A stretch of 64,000 nt of DNA from Yuukianura sp. NJ FZ-2021 (Eukaryota): positions 3,782,001 to 3,846,000 of the forward strand of contig CM102287.1 of assembly GCA_046563655.1 (NCBI GenBank). The letters are read 5' to 3'. The first letter of the stretch is position 1, and each line of letters opens with the position of its first letter. Below, piece by piece: positions 1-13,244 of the stretch. Below the pieces are notes generated by a model. The model saw nothing but the letters and a program-made list of their open reading frames with translations. It ran no database searches and had not been told where the DNA came from. The translations under genes and the position numbers were made by a program.

Positions 1-2190
1 ACATTGAAAATTTCTTGTTTTGATTCCTTAAATAAGGGCTGCTTGAGAAGTGATTAAGGGGTGGGTACTTTTGTGAGTCCTTCCAGAAAATTGGTAGGTT
101 CAGAACTGGCTTGTTTGTGTTTCTGGAGTGAAGCCGACAGCATTTTAAAAATTTCAAAACCGCCCATTTCTGAGTCACAACAAGAACATTTTAGTGCAGC
201 ACCCTTAAGTCCCCCTGCTTTTTCAATATTCCGGCTGCTTTTGAATTTTGAAAAGTCAAGTCCTGATTACAGTGATCCCTGTGACACTGACACAAGGAAG
301 TTGTGACTTAAGGGCCCCTTTCATGTTTTCAAACATTTCAAAAACGGCGTTTTCACAAAATCTTTGTCATCTTACCATTTTTCAAAAAAAATCTAAGGGC
401 CCCCGTCTCCCAAGAGTTGCATCATTAGAAATACATTCCGTTTTTCTTAGAAAATGTCCCAAATGTGTCGTTTACACAAGGAGACAGGTGACCCTTAAGC
501 CTTAAGGGCTCCCTTGGGTGGCAGGAGAGAATACAAAACAAATTTTTTTTTTTCGAAAAAAAAACGAAATTTTTGTTTTAGGATTTTTTCTTGTCTTCTG
601 AATTTGAATCTCCTGTTGGCGTTGAAAAATTGGACAACTTTGGACGGATTAAGGGACGGGGGCCCTTGAAATAGAAAAAGCTTTCCCCTCCAGTTTTGCG
701 ATTAGTGCTGCAATAATTGCAGTTGTTTTTTGGTTTTTATTGCAGAAAGTGTCAAGTTCTGGGGAAGAATAAAGTAAGGCAGAGGATTAGTGAGGATTTG
801 TTAGGCTGTTTGGTTTGACTTTTTTGTGGTTGTTGGGCACCTATTGTGTCCAGAGACCCTTAAAGGGCCCAGGGCACCCTCGACGTGTGTGGTCTTCATA
901 ATACTTGCCTCATCCTCATCATCATGTTAGGGCTAACATTATGTTTCGGCAGGAGATCAAGTCAGGAAGATACCCGCTGTTCACCCTCCCTCCCCGCAGG
1001 ATCCCTTAAGTCCCCCTGCACCCAGAGCAGCTCCATGGATAACACACCCAGAAAATAAGAAAAATCCATTAGAAATGTCCATTGTAAGGCTCAACAACGC
1101 AACAACACGGACACTGAAATCCAATCTCTCTAAGGGATGCGAGGGAAGGGCCCTTGGTGCATGATAAAGGGCCCCCTTCACTTCAGCCTCCATTTTGAAA
1201 TTTTGAAAGTAAGATTTTTCGGTGCACCAAAACTAAAAATTCGGTTTACTTCTCCCGAATGTTTTCCGTTTTATACTGGAAGTGAATAGGAAATCCAAAA
1301 ACTTCAAGTTTTACAAACTTTTCCAAGGTTTTTGAAAAATGCTTTCAAAGATTTTTTTAAAACAGGCAAATTTTGATTGATATTTTTTTTAAATTTTACA
1401 GACTAAGAGCTAGAGAAAACTTTTGGAGTGAACTAATTTGCCTACTGAAATAATTACGAAATTTTTGAATGGTTTTTATGTTGTGCCTGTTATGACTCTA
1501 TGCTGACACCTCATTGTGCTGTTGATCTCATAAACAAAAAATGTAAAGTGGTCTTCGTGTGTGGTCTTCACAAAAAACACTCACAAAAAACACTGAAAAA
1601 AACACCAAAAAAAACACTTCAAAGTCAAACGAACTTTTATATCCTTTCGTTACTTCTTATGTTTTTAGAAAAAGAAAGTTCTCGCTCACTTCACAATTTC
1701 TGCATGTTCATGATTATTTCCAATTTCGAAAACATCAAACAAATTAAAAAAAAAAACTGCAGTTAACAAATTTTTGGAAATCGTTTTCTTTTGTTTTTTT
1801 TTAAGCAAAGAAACTTTTTTGTTAATCTTCTAAAGTGTTTCAATGCACTTAACTTTTTTCTAAATTTTCTTCCTGAGTCTAAGAAAAAACAGTTTTTTGT
1901 CTGGCGTTTACTTTCAACAGTGACCTTTCAAAATTTCCAAACTAAATTCTACACGAAGCATGGACCCTCATGGCTCAAAGCACCCTGACGTAGTTCCAGA
2001 ATTTGAAAATGGCTGCCAAGGGCCCCCTGCCCTGCAGGGCTCCTTCCTAATGACTTGTCTGCGATATAGAAAAGATGATGAGGCATAAAGTTGTCTTGTT
2101 CAAGGGAAAAGTCTATGGAAAAAGGGAGGAGAACACAACAGACTCACCTGTAATTACCCATTTCTAAAAAACATAAAATCAAAAACATTA

Positions 2191-2532
2191 CAGCACATTC
2201 TTGCACGGACATCTACGCACCGGAACTACGTCGGAAAAATTTTATGGACCGAAGACCCCAAGAATTTAGGTAGAAAATTTGTCTATTTAACTAGCATTTA
2301 GCGTTAATACAAATTTTAAAAAGCTAAAAATGTAGTAGAACAATGTGTCTGTTTAACAAGCAGAATTCCAAATTCCAAAAAGCTAAAAATTTAATAGGAA
2401 AATGTCTCTGTTTAACAAGCAGAATTCCAAATTTCAAAAACTAAAAAAATTAAGTAGGAAAATTTATCTTTCTAACTAGCAGAATTCCAAATTTAAAATT
2501 CGATGCATGAGTGTCCGTGCAGAAGTGGCCTG
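2191..2532. mobile_element. Non-autonomous foldback/MITE-like element with imperfect TIRs enclosing a ~60-bp tandem array
   Basis: Left end cagcacattcttgcacggacatctacgcaccgg matches the reverse complement of the right end, caggccacttctgcacggacactcatgcatcg. The interior (~2260-2500) has about 4 copies of a ~60-bp unit (gtctgtttaacaagcagaattccaaattccaaaaagctaaaaat...). No clear TSD. Confidence 0.55.
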
Positions 2533-5500
2533 TTGCGGAATAGGACGCACGAAGATGAAGATGAGGAAGATGCGATGTGTAACCATGGAGAATTGAAAAA
2601 GAAAATGGCATCTTCCAAGTAATTTCCTAAAGTGGTTTTCATCTTCCAAAAAGCCAAGCCCAGTCTTCTTTTATGTTCCTGTTTTCAAGTGGTTGTGATT
2701 GGACTTCAAAATGCTGCAGCACTTGAAAATTGTACTTGAAAAAAGCTACAGTTGAAAGCACTAGTTGAAAAGAGTGGATTTGCAGTAAGGTAGGAATGCT
2801 GTGGATTCCTTTGTTGTTTTTCCATTGTTCTTGTACCTGTTGATGACTTGATTACAACTAATAATTTTATTATCTCACCTCATCTCTATCAACGCACAAC
2901 TTAACTACACCATCATTACAACAAATTCCAAACACTGAAAAAAACGTGTTTTTTTGAAACTTGCAAACTCAAAAAACGTGTTTTTTGCAATTTAAAACCA
3001 AGTCGACGTCTCTCTTTTAGCTGCTTTTCTGCAATAAGGGAAGAATATTGCCATTCAGAACTAGTTAAGAAATTAACTTTTCTCAAAATTTTCAAATTTC
3101 ATTTCGTTTCCGAATTTTGGTTTTGAAATTTCGAAGTAGTATTCAGCTCAATATAGGAGTATTATGGAGGGTATTGAACTAAAGTCAATTGCTACATCTT
3201 TAGCAATTTTTCTGAGAAATTAGTACTGTGAAAAAAACTAATTTTATTAGAAATTAGTACGGTAGAGAGTGGCTCTTTTTTCTACAAAATTTTTCAAAAT
3301 TGAACTAAAAACGAGCCCAATCTTTTCTACAGAATCTGAAATTCAGCAGAAATTTTTTCACCAAAATATAAACAGATTTTAAAATGAACGATTGGGTAAA
3401 CTGATTTCAAAGTTTATTTTCAAGAATTGGAAATTTTTTAGGAACGAATGTTTCCGTTTTTTTTACTTCTTTTTTCTTTTCGTTTTTTTTTGAAAAAAAT
3501 GGATTAGTTTTTATTTGAGAAGATAGTTCCATTTAAGGAAGAGGGGAGGAAGAGACTTTGAAATTAATTGTTCCTGCTTCCTTTTAATAAGTTGCTTCGT
3601 AATGATGCTTTAATTAAAAGTTCCTCCACTACAAAAATTTCCCCCTCTTTTCAACTTTTCCCGCTCTTTTCAAATTTTTCAACTAATTTACGAATGTTCT
3701 ACGCTCAGGAATGTCTGTTCTAAAAAGTGTCATTTCCCTCCCCCTTTGTTCAAACATTCACTTCACTTGAAATTTAAAAAAAAAAGTTTAACAGAAATAT
3801 TTTTAACTTCAGGTCGTTGAATGTTAATTTTGCATCAATTTTCAGAAAAGCTAGAAAAAAAAGTACTAAACAGTTGAGTCTAAACTGTTTTTTTAAGAAA
3901 AGTCTTTAGAAATTGAAATTACTAAAAGGAAACAAAAATGTAGTACAAAAATTAATGTTTTTTTTTCTGTCATTTCTTCATTTTTGACCAAAAACTATAT
4001 GACCAAAAAAAATATGAGCAAAAAAGTGACTTTTTCAACCTTGTCAGGTACCGTCCAACATTGACATGTCACCTACCCTATGTTATAGACATGTTAAGGT
4101 ATGTCCATGTCCCATGTGTCAAAAAACATGTCAAGTGTCATGTCCCATCAAATATGGTCAACTGTGACATGTCCATATTCCGCCTGAGATCTGTCATTAC
4201 ATTTTGATCTTGTTAAACTTGTCCGAAAAGTCAAAAAGTTAACTTTTTGTTCAAAAGCGTCAAAAGTCAAACTCAAAGTGACCGACGACTGTCATTCACT
4301 TTCAAATTCCTCAAACTGTAAAACCATTTTCAGAATTTATCTTTTTCCAAAAACGTGTTTTTGAAAAAGGTAAATTTTGGAAAAGGAAAGTTTCCCACTA
4401 TCAGTAGGGGACTTTGGTAATGAGCGATTGACAACCTTTTAAGGGCCCCCAAACAATGGGACACTGGATGACACACTAAAAAATTTGTCGCTCCTGCTAA
4501 GTCTCCAAAGTTTGTTCAAAGGGCCACCTAGGTATTGGGAGTAAAGGGCCCCCTCCCCACAAGGGGAAGGGGAGGGGGCCCTCAGGAGTTGACGAAAACA
4601 ATGGGATGATAATAAACCACAGAGAGATCACAACAGGACCAAGGGATCCTGTGTCCACTTGGTACTCCACCTCTTTCCCACGACGCCAAGAGGGGACCCC
4701 TTGAAGGGCCCCCCACTCAAGAATGTCCACTGGATGATTATCATCACGATTTGAGTTGTCTCCAGAGTCCCATTACTTGTGGCCAAGGATCCAAATATGG
4801 CCAAGGACCAAAGTGGGCCCTTATAAATCCTTCATGTTTGAAAATTCAAAAAAATAGTTCCCGGGCACCCTTAAAAGTCAGAGATCTAATCTAGGTGAGT
4901 TTATGGCCCTGTACATGACCAGCTACTTTAAGCTGACTTCTGACCTCACAAATTTGAAAAAAAAAATTCAAAATTCAAAATTTCGAAAACAATTTTTTTT
5001 TCAAAATGCTAAAAAGTTTGTCTAATTCAATCATGCTCCAAAAATTTCCGACCTAATACACCGATTTTGAAAATTTTTTTCCGAAAAATACTTTTTTTCT
5101 GAACTGACGTTCTTGTTCTAAATTTTTACAAAATGCAAAACAGAGATGACGGACGTCGGGGTGTGAACTTGTGTTTAAAAATCTTTACTCTTTTTCAAAA
5201 TTTTGGTAATTTTTAGAACAGACTTTTTCTAACAAAGGGCCCAAACAGCTTCGCAGCTCACCGCGGTGGCGTCCCTTAGACTTTTTCTTTCGCAAAAGTC
5301 AAAAAGTCAAAACACGAAAGGTAAACGTCGGGGGAGCCCTTAAAGGTGTTTAAGGGTCCCGTTGTTGATCCTACTTAAGTCAAAGAACGTCTCAAAATAT
5401 TTTCTAAACAGAACCTTTTCCAAAAACTTTTTTTGAAAAAGTCCGCACCCATTTTACCTTGGTTTGTATTTTGTTTACACCGTGTCATAATTCACTCCAA

Positions 5501-7624
5501 AAGAAAAGACTAGTGGACGTGGCCCATCATTGCTCCGGTTTCTGTGTCATCCTACTGTTAACTATTGAGAAGGGGTACTCTGGGGGGCCCTTAAGGGTCA
5601 CCGGAGCCCTTAAAGTTTCTGCTTAGAAGTAACCATAAGTTTCTCCCTAGACACCCATCATCTTCCCAAATGATCTTCATAATGACAGTCCTAAATTCTG
5701 AGAAAATCTCACCCATTCCGTCTTTTATTGACGGTGGACGGAGAATGTTTGTGTCCATTGTCCATGCCGTCCTTTTGTGTCCATGTCGGACAGTTTTTGT
5801 GTCCAAGTTTTATGTCCAGGTGAGTCTCATTAAGACTCACCTCATTACCCTCATCAATCACACTTCCAACCAAAACAGTTTAAGCAGTTTAGCACTCACA
5901 TTATTCCAACTTTTACAATTCCCAAATGTTATGACTCTCCCACGACCTGTTTTCAGCATTCAAAATTTCAAAAAAAAATCGTTTCTCTTAGATGAGAGAG
6001 ATACACAAGGTCAAAGGTCATCCCCACCTACGTGTCAGTCACTGTTAAAATCCAAACCATTTAGAAGAAAACAAAACTTTCAAAAAAGTCAGTTTTTGTC
6101 AAAAAAAAATATTTCTTTATGAAAATCAATCTTGAAGAATGGCTAACGAAAAATTGAGACCTGAGTGTAGCGTTTCATAAGTTAAGCGGATTTGAAAAAA
6201 AATGTGACGACGTTTGTCCCAGTTTCAAAAGCTTCGTTCGGATCAATAAAAAGTTGCAATGGGGTTAGTCAACCAAAACAAAAATCCAACACTTTTTTAA
6301 ACAGAACTTCTAAAAAATCAATTTCAAACAAGAATTGAAATCGTCTTGGACTTAAAAAATTCAATTTCCTTTTTGAAAAAAAAATGTAAGCCTTGCAGTT
6401 GTCAAATCTCTTTTCAAAAATGCCCACTGAACAGAAAATTTTGAATCAAACCCCGTTGCATTTCTAAACAAACTTCCTATTTGAACAGAAACACTTTTTG
6501 AAAATCTTGTTTAAAGAAAAAGAACACCGTACTTCAACATTTCATTTTCAAATTTTAATGGTTGCCCGCAAACAAAATCAATTTTAGCGCCACCTTAAAG
6601 GTTAGAGAAAAATTGACACGGAAATTTTGAAAAAAACGAAAGTTACGAATGATTCTTTGGCCTTGTGTCGCTCGCGGTTGTGTTGCATCCGCATCCGAAT
6701 TATGAATGTTTTCAACTTTTTCTGGAAGTATTGTTGACATTTTGGCTTTAAATAAGTTAACAAATTAACATTTTATATTTTTTGGAAAGTGGTTACTATA
6801 TTTATGAAATTGGACCACCATGAATTCAATTTATAAAAATTAGGCACTACGTTTAGCAACCTATAATCAGAGCCCTTCGATCTAGCAATTATTCAATTCA
6901 CTTGGGATTACTTCCGTTTTAACTCCAAAACGTGACATCCCTTCAACGTTCAAGGGCCCCCTTTGTTTCAAAACCTAAAGGCCCTCAGTCAATTTCCTTC
7001 AATTTTTGTACTAAGATGCAGCCGTTACTGCAACAATTACTGCAGGGGGCCCTTAATTCCAAATTGTTTCATTGAACAATTGAAATCGTGTTTCAATTTT
7101 CAACTATTTTACAGAACCTAACATCCTAATTTGATAATCATACAAATTAACTAACCTTTCCCACTAATTGAAATTGAACAATTATCAAAATTTGGAAAAT
7201 TTCAATTTTGATCAACTTTTTTTCAAAGTGAAATTGAAGGACTGCAGCCAAGGAGCAGGAAACGAGGGGGCCCTTAACGTTTCAGTTCAAATCCGTCACT
7301 TCCTGTGATAATCCTCGTCTTCCTTTTTCCATTTCAAAAGGAACTGAAAACCGTTCCGATTGATTGAATTTTTGGTTGTTCTCACCATTGATGAAAATAA
7401 TACCCGAATCCGGGTAACATATTTTATATTCAAACTGAATCCAGGGTGGATCCGAATTTAAACACAAAGCCACGCCCACAAATCATAAATTTTGGAAAAA
7501 CTGCTGCACCCGATGAGTTTTGATTGTTGTTTGGCCAAAAACGAAACAACAATGGCTCTTGGACAAAAAAGAAAAAGTTCATTTGAGAAATTAACCATCT
7601 GTCAGAGGAGGGTTACTTGTACTA

Positions 7625-7696
7625 ATGGTGGTAACCATCACTGATGGTAACCATCGACGGTGGTAACCATCACCGGTGGTTACCGTAACCATCGTT
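7625..7696. repeat. Short tandem array of the quasi-palindrome (GAT/GGT)GGTAACCATC
   Basis: GTAACCATC occurs 4 times in ~70 bp, including the hairpin gatggt-a-accatc. Confidence 0.8.
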
Positions 7697-9113
7697 AGGA
7701 GAAAACAGATAAGCTGTGGTGGGGCGGCGGAAAATAAAATTTTATGAAATTTACAGACTGATTTGCTTTTTAGACGGTTGAAAAAAGGGAAATTTTGAAA
7801 AATTTTGCCAATACATTTCAGTAGTTTCCTTAAGGTGATATCCTGTATTTAAAGGATTTGGACAATTTTTGAATTTCTTAAAATTTTGAAATTTGAAATT
7901 TGAAAAATTTTCAATTTGGGAAAATTTTGAACTTGGAAAAGTTGATGTTGATGAGTAAGTTCCTGAAGGAAACGAATTAATAATCCCGCTGATTGCCTAC
8001 ATCTCTACATCACGTTTTTTTTTCTTTGTACATGAAATGATCATTTCCATGTCTGAGTTATGACCTTTGGTCATGCAAGTAATGAACAGCTTGTTTTTCA
8101 AGCCAAGGGCCCCCTGGAATTTTCAAAAAACAAGTTTTCATAAAAAGTTTTTAGGCCCTTGGATTCCGTAGAGTGGACTTGAGGCAGAAGGGAGTCCATT
8201 TTGAAAGTGGACTTGAGCCAATGAGAATAAGGGGTCCTAACATGTAGACTCCAAGGCTCTCTGTTCATCTGTTACGAAGAACACAAAGGAACAGTAATTA
8301 AGGGATATCCGAAGGGAGCCTTCAAGGCTCCCCTCATACGTACGTGCTCCGCCGCTTGATTTTTGGTTTCAAATTTTCCCTCCAGGAAATTTCAGGATGG
8401 ATGACTCTGTTTTTACTTTTGAATTTGAAAACTTATTACGAAAGTCCCCTAAGGGCTCGTCCGAAATTGATACCTTCCCCCTCCCACCCCTTTTCCAGTC
8501 ATCATCATCAACTTCAGCACACAAAAAAACAAAAAAACAAAAAAAAAAACAAATTTAAAATATGAAAAAAAAATTAAAAAATTTGAATTTCCGAATTTCG
8601 AAATCTAAATTTTCAAAATTCGCCTTTTAATATCAACAACGCAACGTCCGAGACACCTACAACCTACAAAGTTTTGAAGTTTGAGAGAAATTCTTTTTAA
8701 AATTTCTGGCTGGTGGGTGACATAACTTTTCAAAGAAAAAAAAGTTTTTGAAAAGATGTTGTGCATCCCTGAGCGTTTTCTAAGGGTCCCTTGGGTGCTT
8801 GGAAGGGAGCCCTTGGTTGATGGTCCTAAGTCCCTGGCAGCTGTTACATGATCTTATGATTAGGCTAGGTTTAAGGGCCCAAATGGAGTGGGAAAACAAA
8901 GGGGCCCTTCCATTTTGAATTTTGAAGTCCCCACCCAAGGGTCCCCCTGTCGTAATAAAGAAGACTTGTGAAGTCTCTTCTGACAAGGGAAGATGAGTTA
9001 CTGCTCTCTCCCTTGGACGGATACGGCCATTTACCATCGCTTTTTAAAGTGCTTATTATGAAGACATACCACCACAGTAATAACATAACTCTCTCTACAT
9101 GCAATGGAAACCA

Positions 9114-9352
9114 TTACGAAATGGAAATTTAGCATAAGACTTTATGTTATGTTGAGAAGATAATTTAGGATAAAAGTATCCCAGGATAATTCTGGGACAA
9201 AAATATCCTAACAAACTAAATAAGAATATTTACTTTCTCCACACACAATAAAGAACGTTACAAAATGGAAATTTTACTATAAGGCTTTAAGTTATGTCGA
9301 GGAGATAATTTAGGATAAAATTATCTCAGGATAATTCTGGGATAAAATATCT
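9114..9352. repeat. Diverged ~95-bp direct duplication with internal GGATAA sub-repeats
   Basis: 9114-9207 and 9258-9352 align closely (atggaaattt..ataag.cttta.gttatgt.gag.agataatttaggataaaa.tatc.caggataattctggga.aaaa). Confidence 0.85.
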
Positions 9353-9843
9353 CCAAAATCGTTCCTCTGATCACAAAAATGCTTCTTTGTGTTCCTACTG
9401 TGTTGTGGCACTAACTCCGAATTTGAAAAATTTGAGAATTTCAGTGCCAGAAAAGAGTTCTTTGTCTACTACCCTGGAGAATGAGCATAAAATCTGAAAA
9501 TCGGTTGCTTTCTCCGGCCTCAGCTTTTCAAATTTTCAAAAAAAAATTTCAAAATTTTAAAATTTGCGTTGATGTGAAATTTGAATACAGAAAGAAATAT
9601 TGAAACGTTGATTAATTCCTCACAGTGAAAGCAAGACGTGAGTGTGGAGGGATGTCATGTGTTAATTGTCCATGAACTTGAAGGCTGCCCGTTTCATTTT
9701 AATGGCTGCCGTTGAATTGCAATGTTGAAGTTCTTGTTTTCTTTGTTTACTTTCAGATGATGAGGACATCAAAGGCGAAACTCCGTAGATTGCACAATAT
9801 AGCTCAATTTCTATACAGAGAAGGCGACTCACCCACCGAGGAA

Positions 9844-9895
9844 CGATTTGTAACAAGACTCGGGATTGGTCCTCGGCTGATCCGAAGAGGCGGAG
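9844..9895 (+). promoter_or_regulatory. Upstream module of the en-like gene: CGATTTGTAACAAG-N8-TTGGT-N12-CGAAGAGGCGGAG (CCAAT-like and GC box)
   Basis: Same blocks, spacing and relative orientation as 27831-27883 upstream of the inv-like gene. Lies ~570-610 bp 5' of the ATG. Confidence 0.65.
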
Positions 9896-10261
9896 TCACG
9901 GCGGTTCCACGGCTCCACCTTGGCTTGGAAAAGTGTGGAATGAAGAGATGCGGGATAGCCTGGTCTCGGATTCTTGACAGGCCGGGGGGAATGGGAGGTT
10001 GAGACTTGAGATCTTGTTGTCAATTTCATCATTTCAAAACCTCCCTTAAGCCACCGTGTCCAAAATCTGACATTTTCAAAATAAACGAACAAAAAACGGG
10101 ACACACTGGAGCTGAACTCTTCATCTAAAACAGAACGCCGCCACGGTTTAGGCCGAAAAGGAATCAGATTGAGCAGGGGACTGTCAAATCCTCAAATCAC
10201 TGATTGTTTACACGTCATCTCGTGAGGACTCACTTCCAGGATTTCAGTGAAATGGACAAAG

Positions 10262-10323
10262 GGAGGTCAACTTTTGACCTTTGACATACCCACAGGTCAA
10301 CTTTTGACCTCTGACATCTCCAC
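10262..10323. repeat. 2 x 30-bp tandem repeat with AGGTCA/TGACCT half-sites just 5' of the en ATG
   Basis: The unit aggtcaacttttgacct(t/c)tgacat..ccac is repeated twice. Confidence 0.8.
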
Positions 10324-10456
10324 TTTTATTGAACTTGGCGTGAACAGTATTGTTTTACCTACATTTTTTGGATTTTCCAAGGTTCGTCCCAGTTGTCAAT
10401 CATCCTAGTGTTCTAAACTTTGGTGAAACTTTGTGAAAACTTTGAAAACTTTTGTG

Positions 10457-12356
10457 ATGCACCTTGTCACGCGTCCAAGCATGTTGACCTTGACGGTAGA
10501 ACGACTCGTGGGGTCAAGTGGAACTGATAGTGGACATGACAGGATGTCAATGTCACCCGAATCTAGTGACATCGGCAGCGAATCTTCCCGAAGTCCGGTG
10601 ACACAATCCGGAACTTCACCTTCGTCAACTCATCACTTCACTTCACACAAGATCTCTCTACTTCTAAACAGCGACAAACCAACCGATAGGTCACCGGGGT
10701 CATCCCCTGACCTCGAATCGTCGTCAAGGCAACTAAATTTTAGCCGTGACGATGACAACCACAGTCCCTGTGTCGTTCCTGGTCAAAGGTCACCCGTTAG
10801 TGACAGTGGACAACCCGCCCCGGGCGAAGTCCAAAACCAAATGAACTTTGAAACTGAAAGTACCGTCAGACCTACTGCGATTCCTGTCCAGGATGAACAC
10901 GGATCTGAGCAGAGTAGACTTATGGATGGTGACAATTGTAACAACAATGGTGGCAACAGTGACAATGGTGGCAACAATGGTGACAACGACAGACCACCGT
11001 CAGGAGCCAGCGGTGGATCTTCCACCTGGAGCAGTAGTTGGGGGGGCCCTTATTCAGTAGCCTCATGTTCATCAAATCACAACACATCTCATAATAACTC
11101 AAACAGCAACAACATAACTCATAACTCATCATCGAAACACCTCAAGTTCTCAATCCAGAACATCCTGCGAGCGGACTTTGGTCAACGACAACGTCCAAGG
11201 GCCCCCGTCCCTCAGTCATTGTACTCTCCGAACAATAGTGACAATGACAGGGGTCGTGTGACCGAAAGACCACAAAAGAGACACCACAGTCCACGCAACA
11301 TCTCAGAAGACTCAAACAGTTCTTGTGCCAGCAGCAGTCGCAGGGAGGAGGTCGTCGATGAGTCCAAAGTCAATCCAGAAGTACCCAAAGGGCCCCTGCT
11401 CTGGCCCGCTTGGGTCTACTGCACTCGATACTCCGACAGACCTTCATCAGGTAACCCCACTTTTTCAAAAAACTGAAATTTTAAAAAAGTTTTCAAAATT
11501 TCACCCCATGTCCCTTACAAGGCCCTCACTTCACCCTTTGCTCGTTGTTCCGACTAATTTCTATTTTGCTAAGCATAAGCTTGCAGTTAGAAGCAAAAGC
11601 TTCTTCAGGATTTTGGGATTTCAATTAGGAAAACACGTTTTTTTCAATTTTTAAATTTTTCTGACAATTTTGATTGATTTGGTCATAAATTTGTAGTTAG
11701 GCGAGAAGATGCGATTTTGTGATACGAATCTTGAATGTTGATAATAAGATTAATCGAGACCAATAACTGTCAGCTTACTGTGCTAAGATGTTAATCGACT
11801 TGTTCAGAGGTGTTCAAACTTAAGTGGTTTTTGGTCTAATCTGACTTGTGATAGATTTGACCTCGATTTGTCCAAAGGTCAAAGGTCAAATGCTTAACTT
11901 TCTCTTAATTTCTTGGTTTTCAGGGCCAAGGTCAAGGAGAGTTCGAAAGAAATCGGAAAATTCAAGGGCTCCGGCGGAAGCTGTTTCTTCCGTTTCCGAT
12001 GAAAAACGACCGAGAACTGCGTTTACTGCTGAGCAATTGGGGAAATTAAAGCAGGAATTTGAGGAAAACCGATACTTGACTGAAAAACGACGACAAGATT
12101 TGGCCCGTGACCTCAAATTACATGAAAACCAGATCAAAATTTGGTTTCAGGTGAGGAGAACAGCAGATTTTTTAAATTTTTGAAAATTTTCAAAGAAATT
12201 TTCATTTTTGGTTTGAATTTTTAGAACAAGCGAGCGAAACTGAAAAAGTCGTCGGGGCAGCGCGGCGGCCTGGCATTGCAATTGATGGCTCAGGGACTCT
12301 ACAATCACTCGACGGTGCCAATGGACGAAGATGAGGAAGACTACTTACCGTGCTGA
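10457..12356 (+). CDS. en: Engrailed-family homeodomain transcription factor (engrailed-like paralog, no RS microexon), 3 coding exons, ~450 aa
   Basis: Exons 10457-11450, 11924-12150 and 12225-12356 with GT-AG introns give an intact frame. Motifs: EH1 [11 protein letters not shown]2 [21 protein letters not shown], homeodomain [60 protein letters not shown]5 [15 protein letters not shown]. The start could be 10457 or 10481. Confidence 0.95.
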
Positions 12357-13195
12357 AAATTTCGAATTTTCAAATTCAAAAAAGGAAAAATTCTGAAAAA
12401 TTTGAAATTTTGGTCTCACTGTTTCCTCCCAAATTGTGTCATCATTTGAACAACTGTTGCTGTGGCTGGAACAACTTCCGGTTCTAAACAATACTCAAGC
12501 AACAATCTGCCCCTTCCATCAGTAATTTACTTCTTCCCCACAAAATACTTTCTATTGTTCTCAAATCCTAACGTAAACAATGCTCTCTAAAGAAACAAAA
12601 CCTAATCTAAAAGCATAACATGAAAAACATAGCCTAACATGAAACCTAAAGTTAGAAACACACAATAACGTTTCAACAATTTCACAAGTGTCAACTGTTA
12701 ATTGTTTAATTTATTTTAATGTTTGTACATAAGCTTCATTTTTTTTTAGAAAAGATGCTCCGTTTAGTACAAAATCATGTAAGTAGTTAAATCACTTTCG
12801 ACCTTTGACATTTCCTTCTATGCAGGTCACGCAACGAAACGAAAAAAGCGTAGAAATCATTCCAAATTCATTTTTTAGAAACAAAAACAACATTTTAGAA
12901 CTGAAACTTTTTTAAATTCTTTTTTTAAAACATTTTTTGTCTACATGGATTCTTATAGGCGGTTGATTTCGAGTCAAGTTTTAATTGTTATGCAATTTCA
13001 TTATTAATCAATGAAAAACTAATGTTAGTGAAAGTTAATTAAGGTAATATTATGTTAATTAAGGTTAGGCTGAGACTTAATTGAGAGTTAATTAACTTAA
13101 GGCTAAGACTTAATTAAGGTGAGGCTAAGAGTTGATTAAGCTAGAATTAGGGCAGAAGCAATAACACACAATTGAGAATGTGAAGTAAATGGAGC

Positions 13196-13244
13196 GGAGG
13201 GAGTAACTACTAAATTTTGGAGGGAGTAACTACTGAATTTTGGA
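13196..13244. repeat. 2 x 23-bp tandem repeat carrying the dispersed GGAGGGAGTAACTA motif
   Basis: ggagggagtaactactaaatttt followed by ggagggagtaactactgaatttt. Confidence 0.85.

Noticed and set aside
2260..2500. Regularly spaced repeats here and at 31741, 48455 and 53794 as CRISPR-like arrays
   Set aside because: The context is eukaryotic, there are no cas genes, and the units are contiguous degenerate tandem copies rather than identical repeats with unique spacers.
5670..6122. 150-aa ORF and the many other 60-150-aa F/K/L/N-rich ORFs in intergenic and intronic DNA
   Set aside because: Their composition mirrors poly-A/T tracts, many have non-ATG starts, and there is no homology or exon structure.
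9712..10002. 96-aa ORF with an acceptor-like tttcag before ATGATG, upstream of en
   Set aside because: No recognisable protein features. It overlaps the conserved upstream module, so its GC content is better explained as promoter or 5' UTR sequence. A uORF cannot be excluded.
11451..11923. A possible RS microexon in the first intron of the en-like gene
   Set aside because: No AG-6nt-GT candidate was found, and exon 2 starts GG, which would give Arg rather than Ser.
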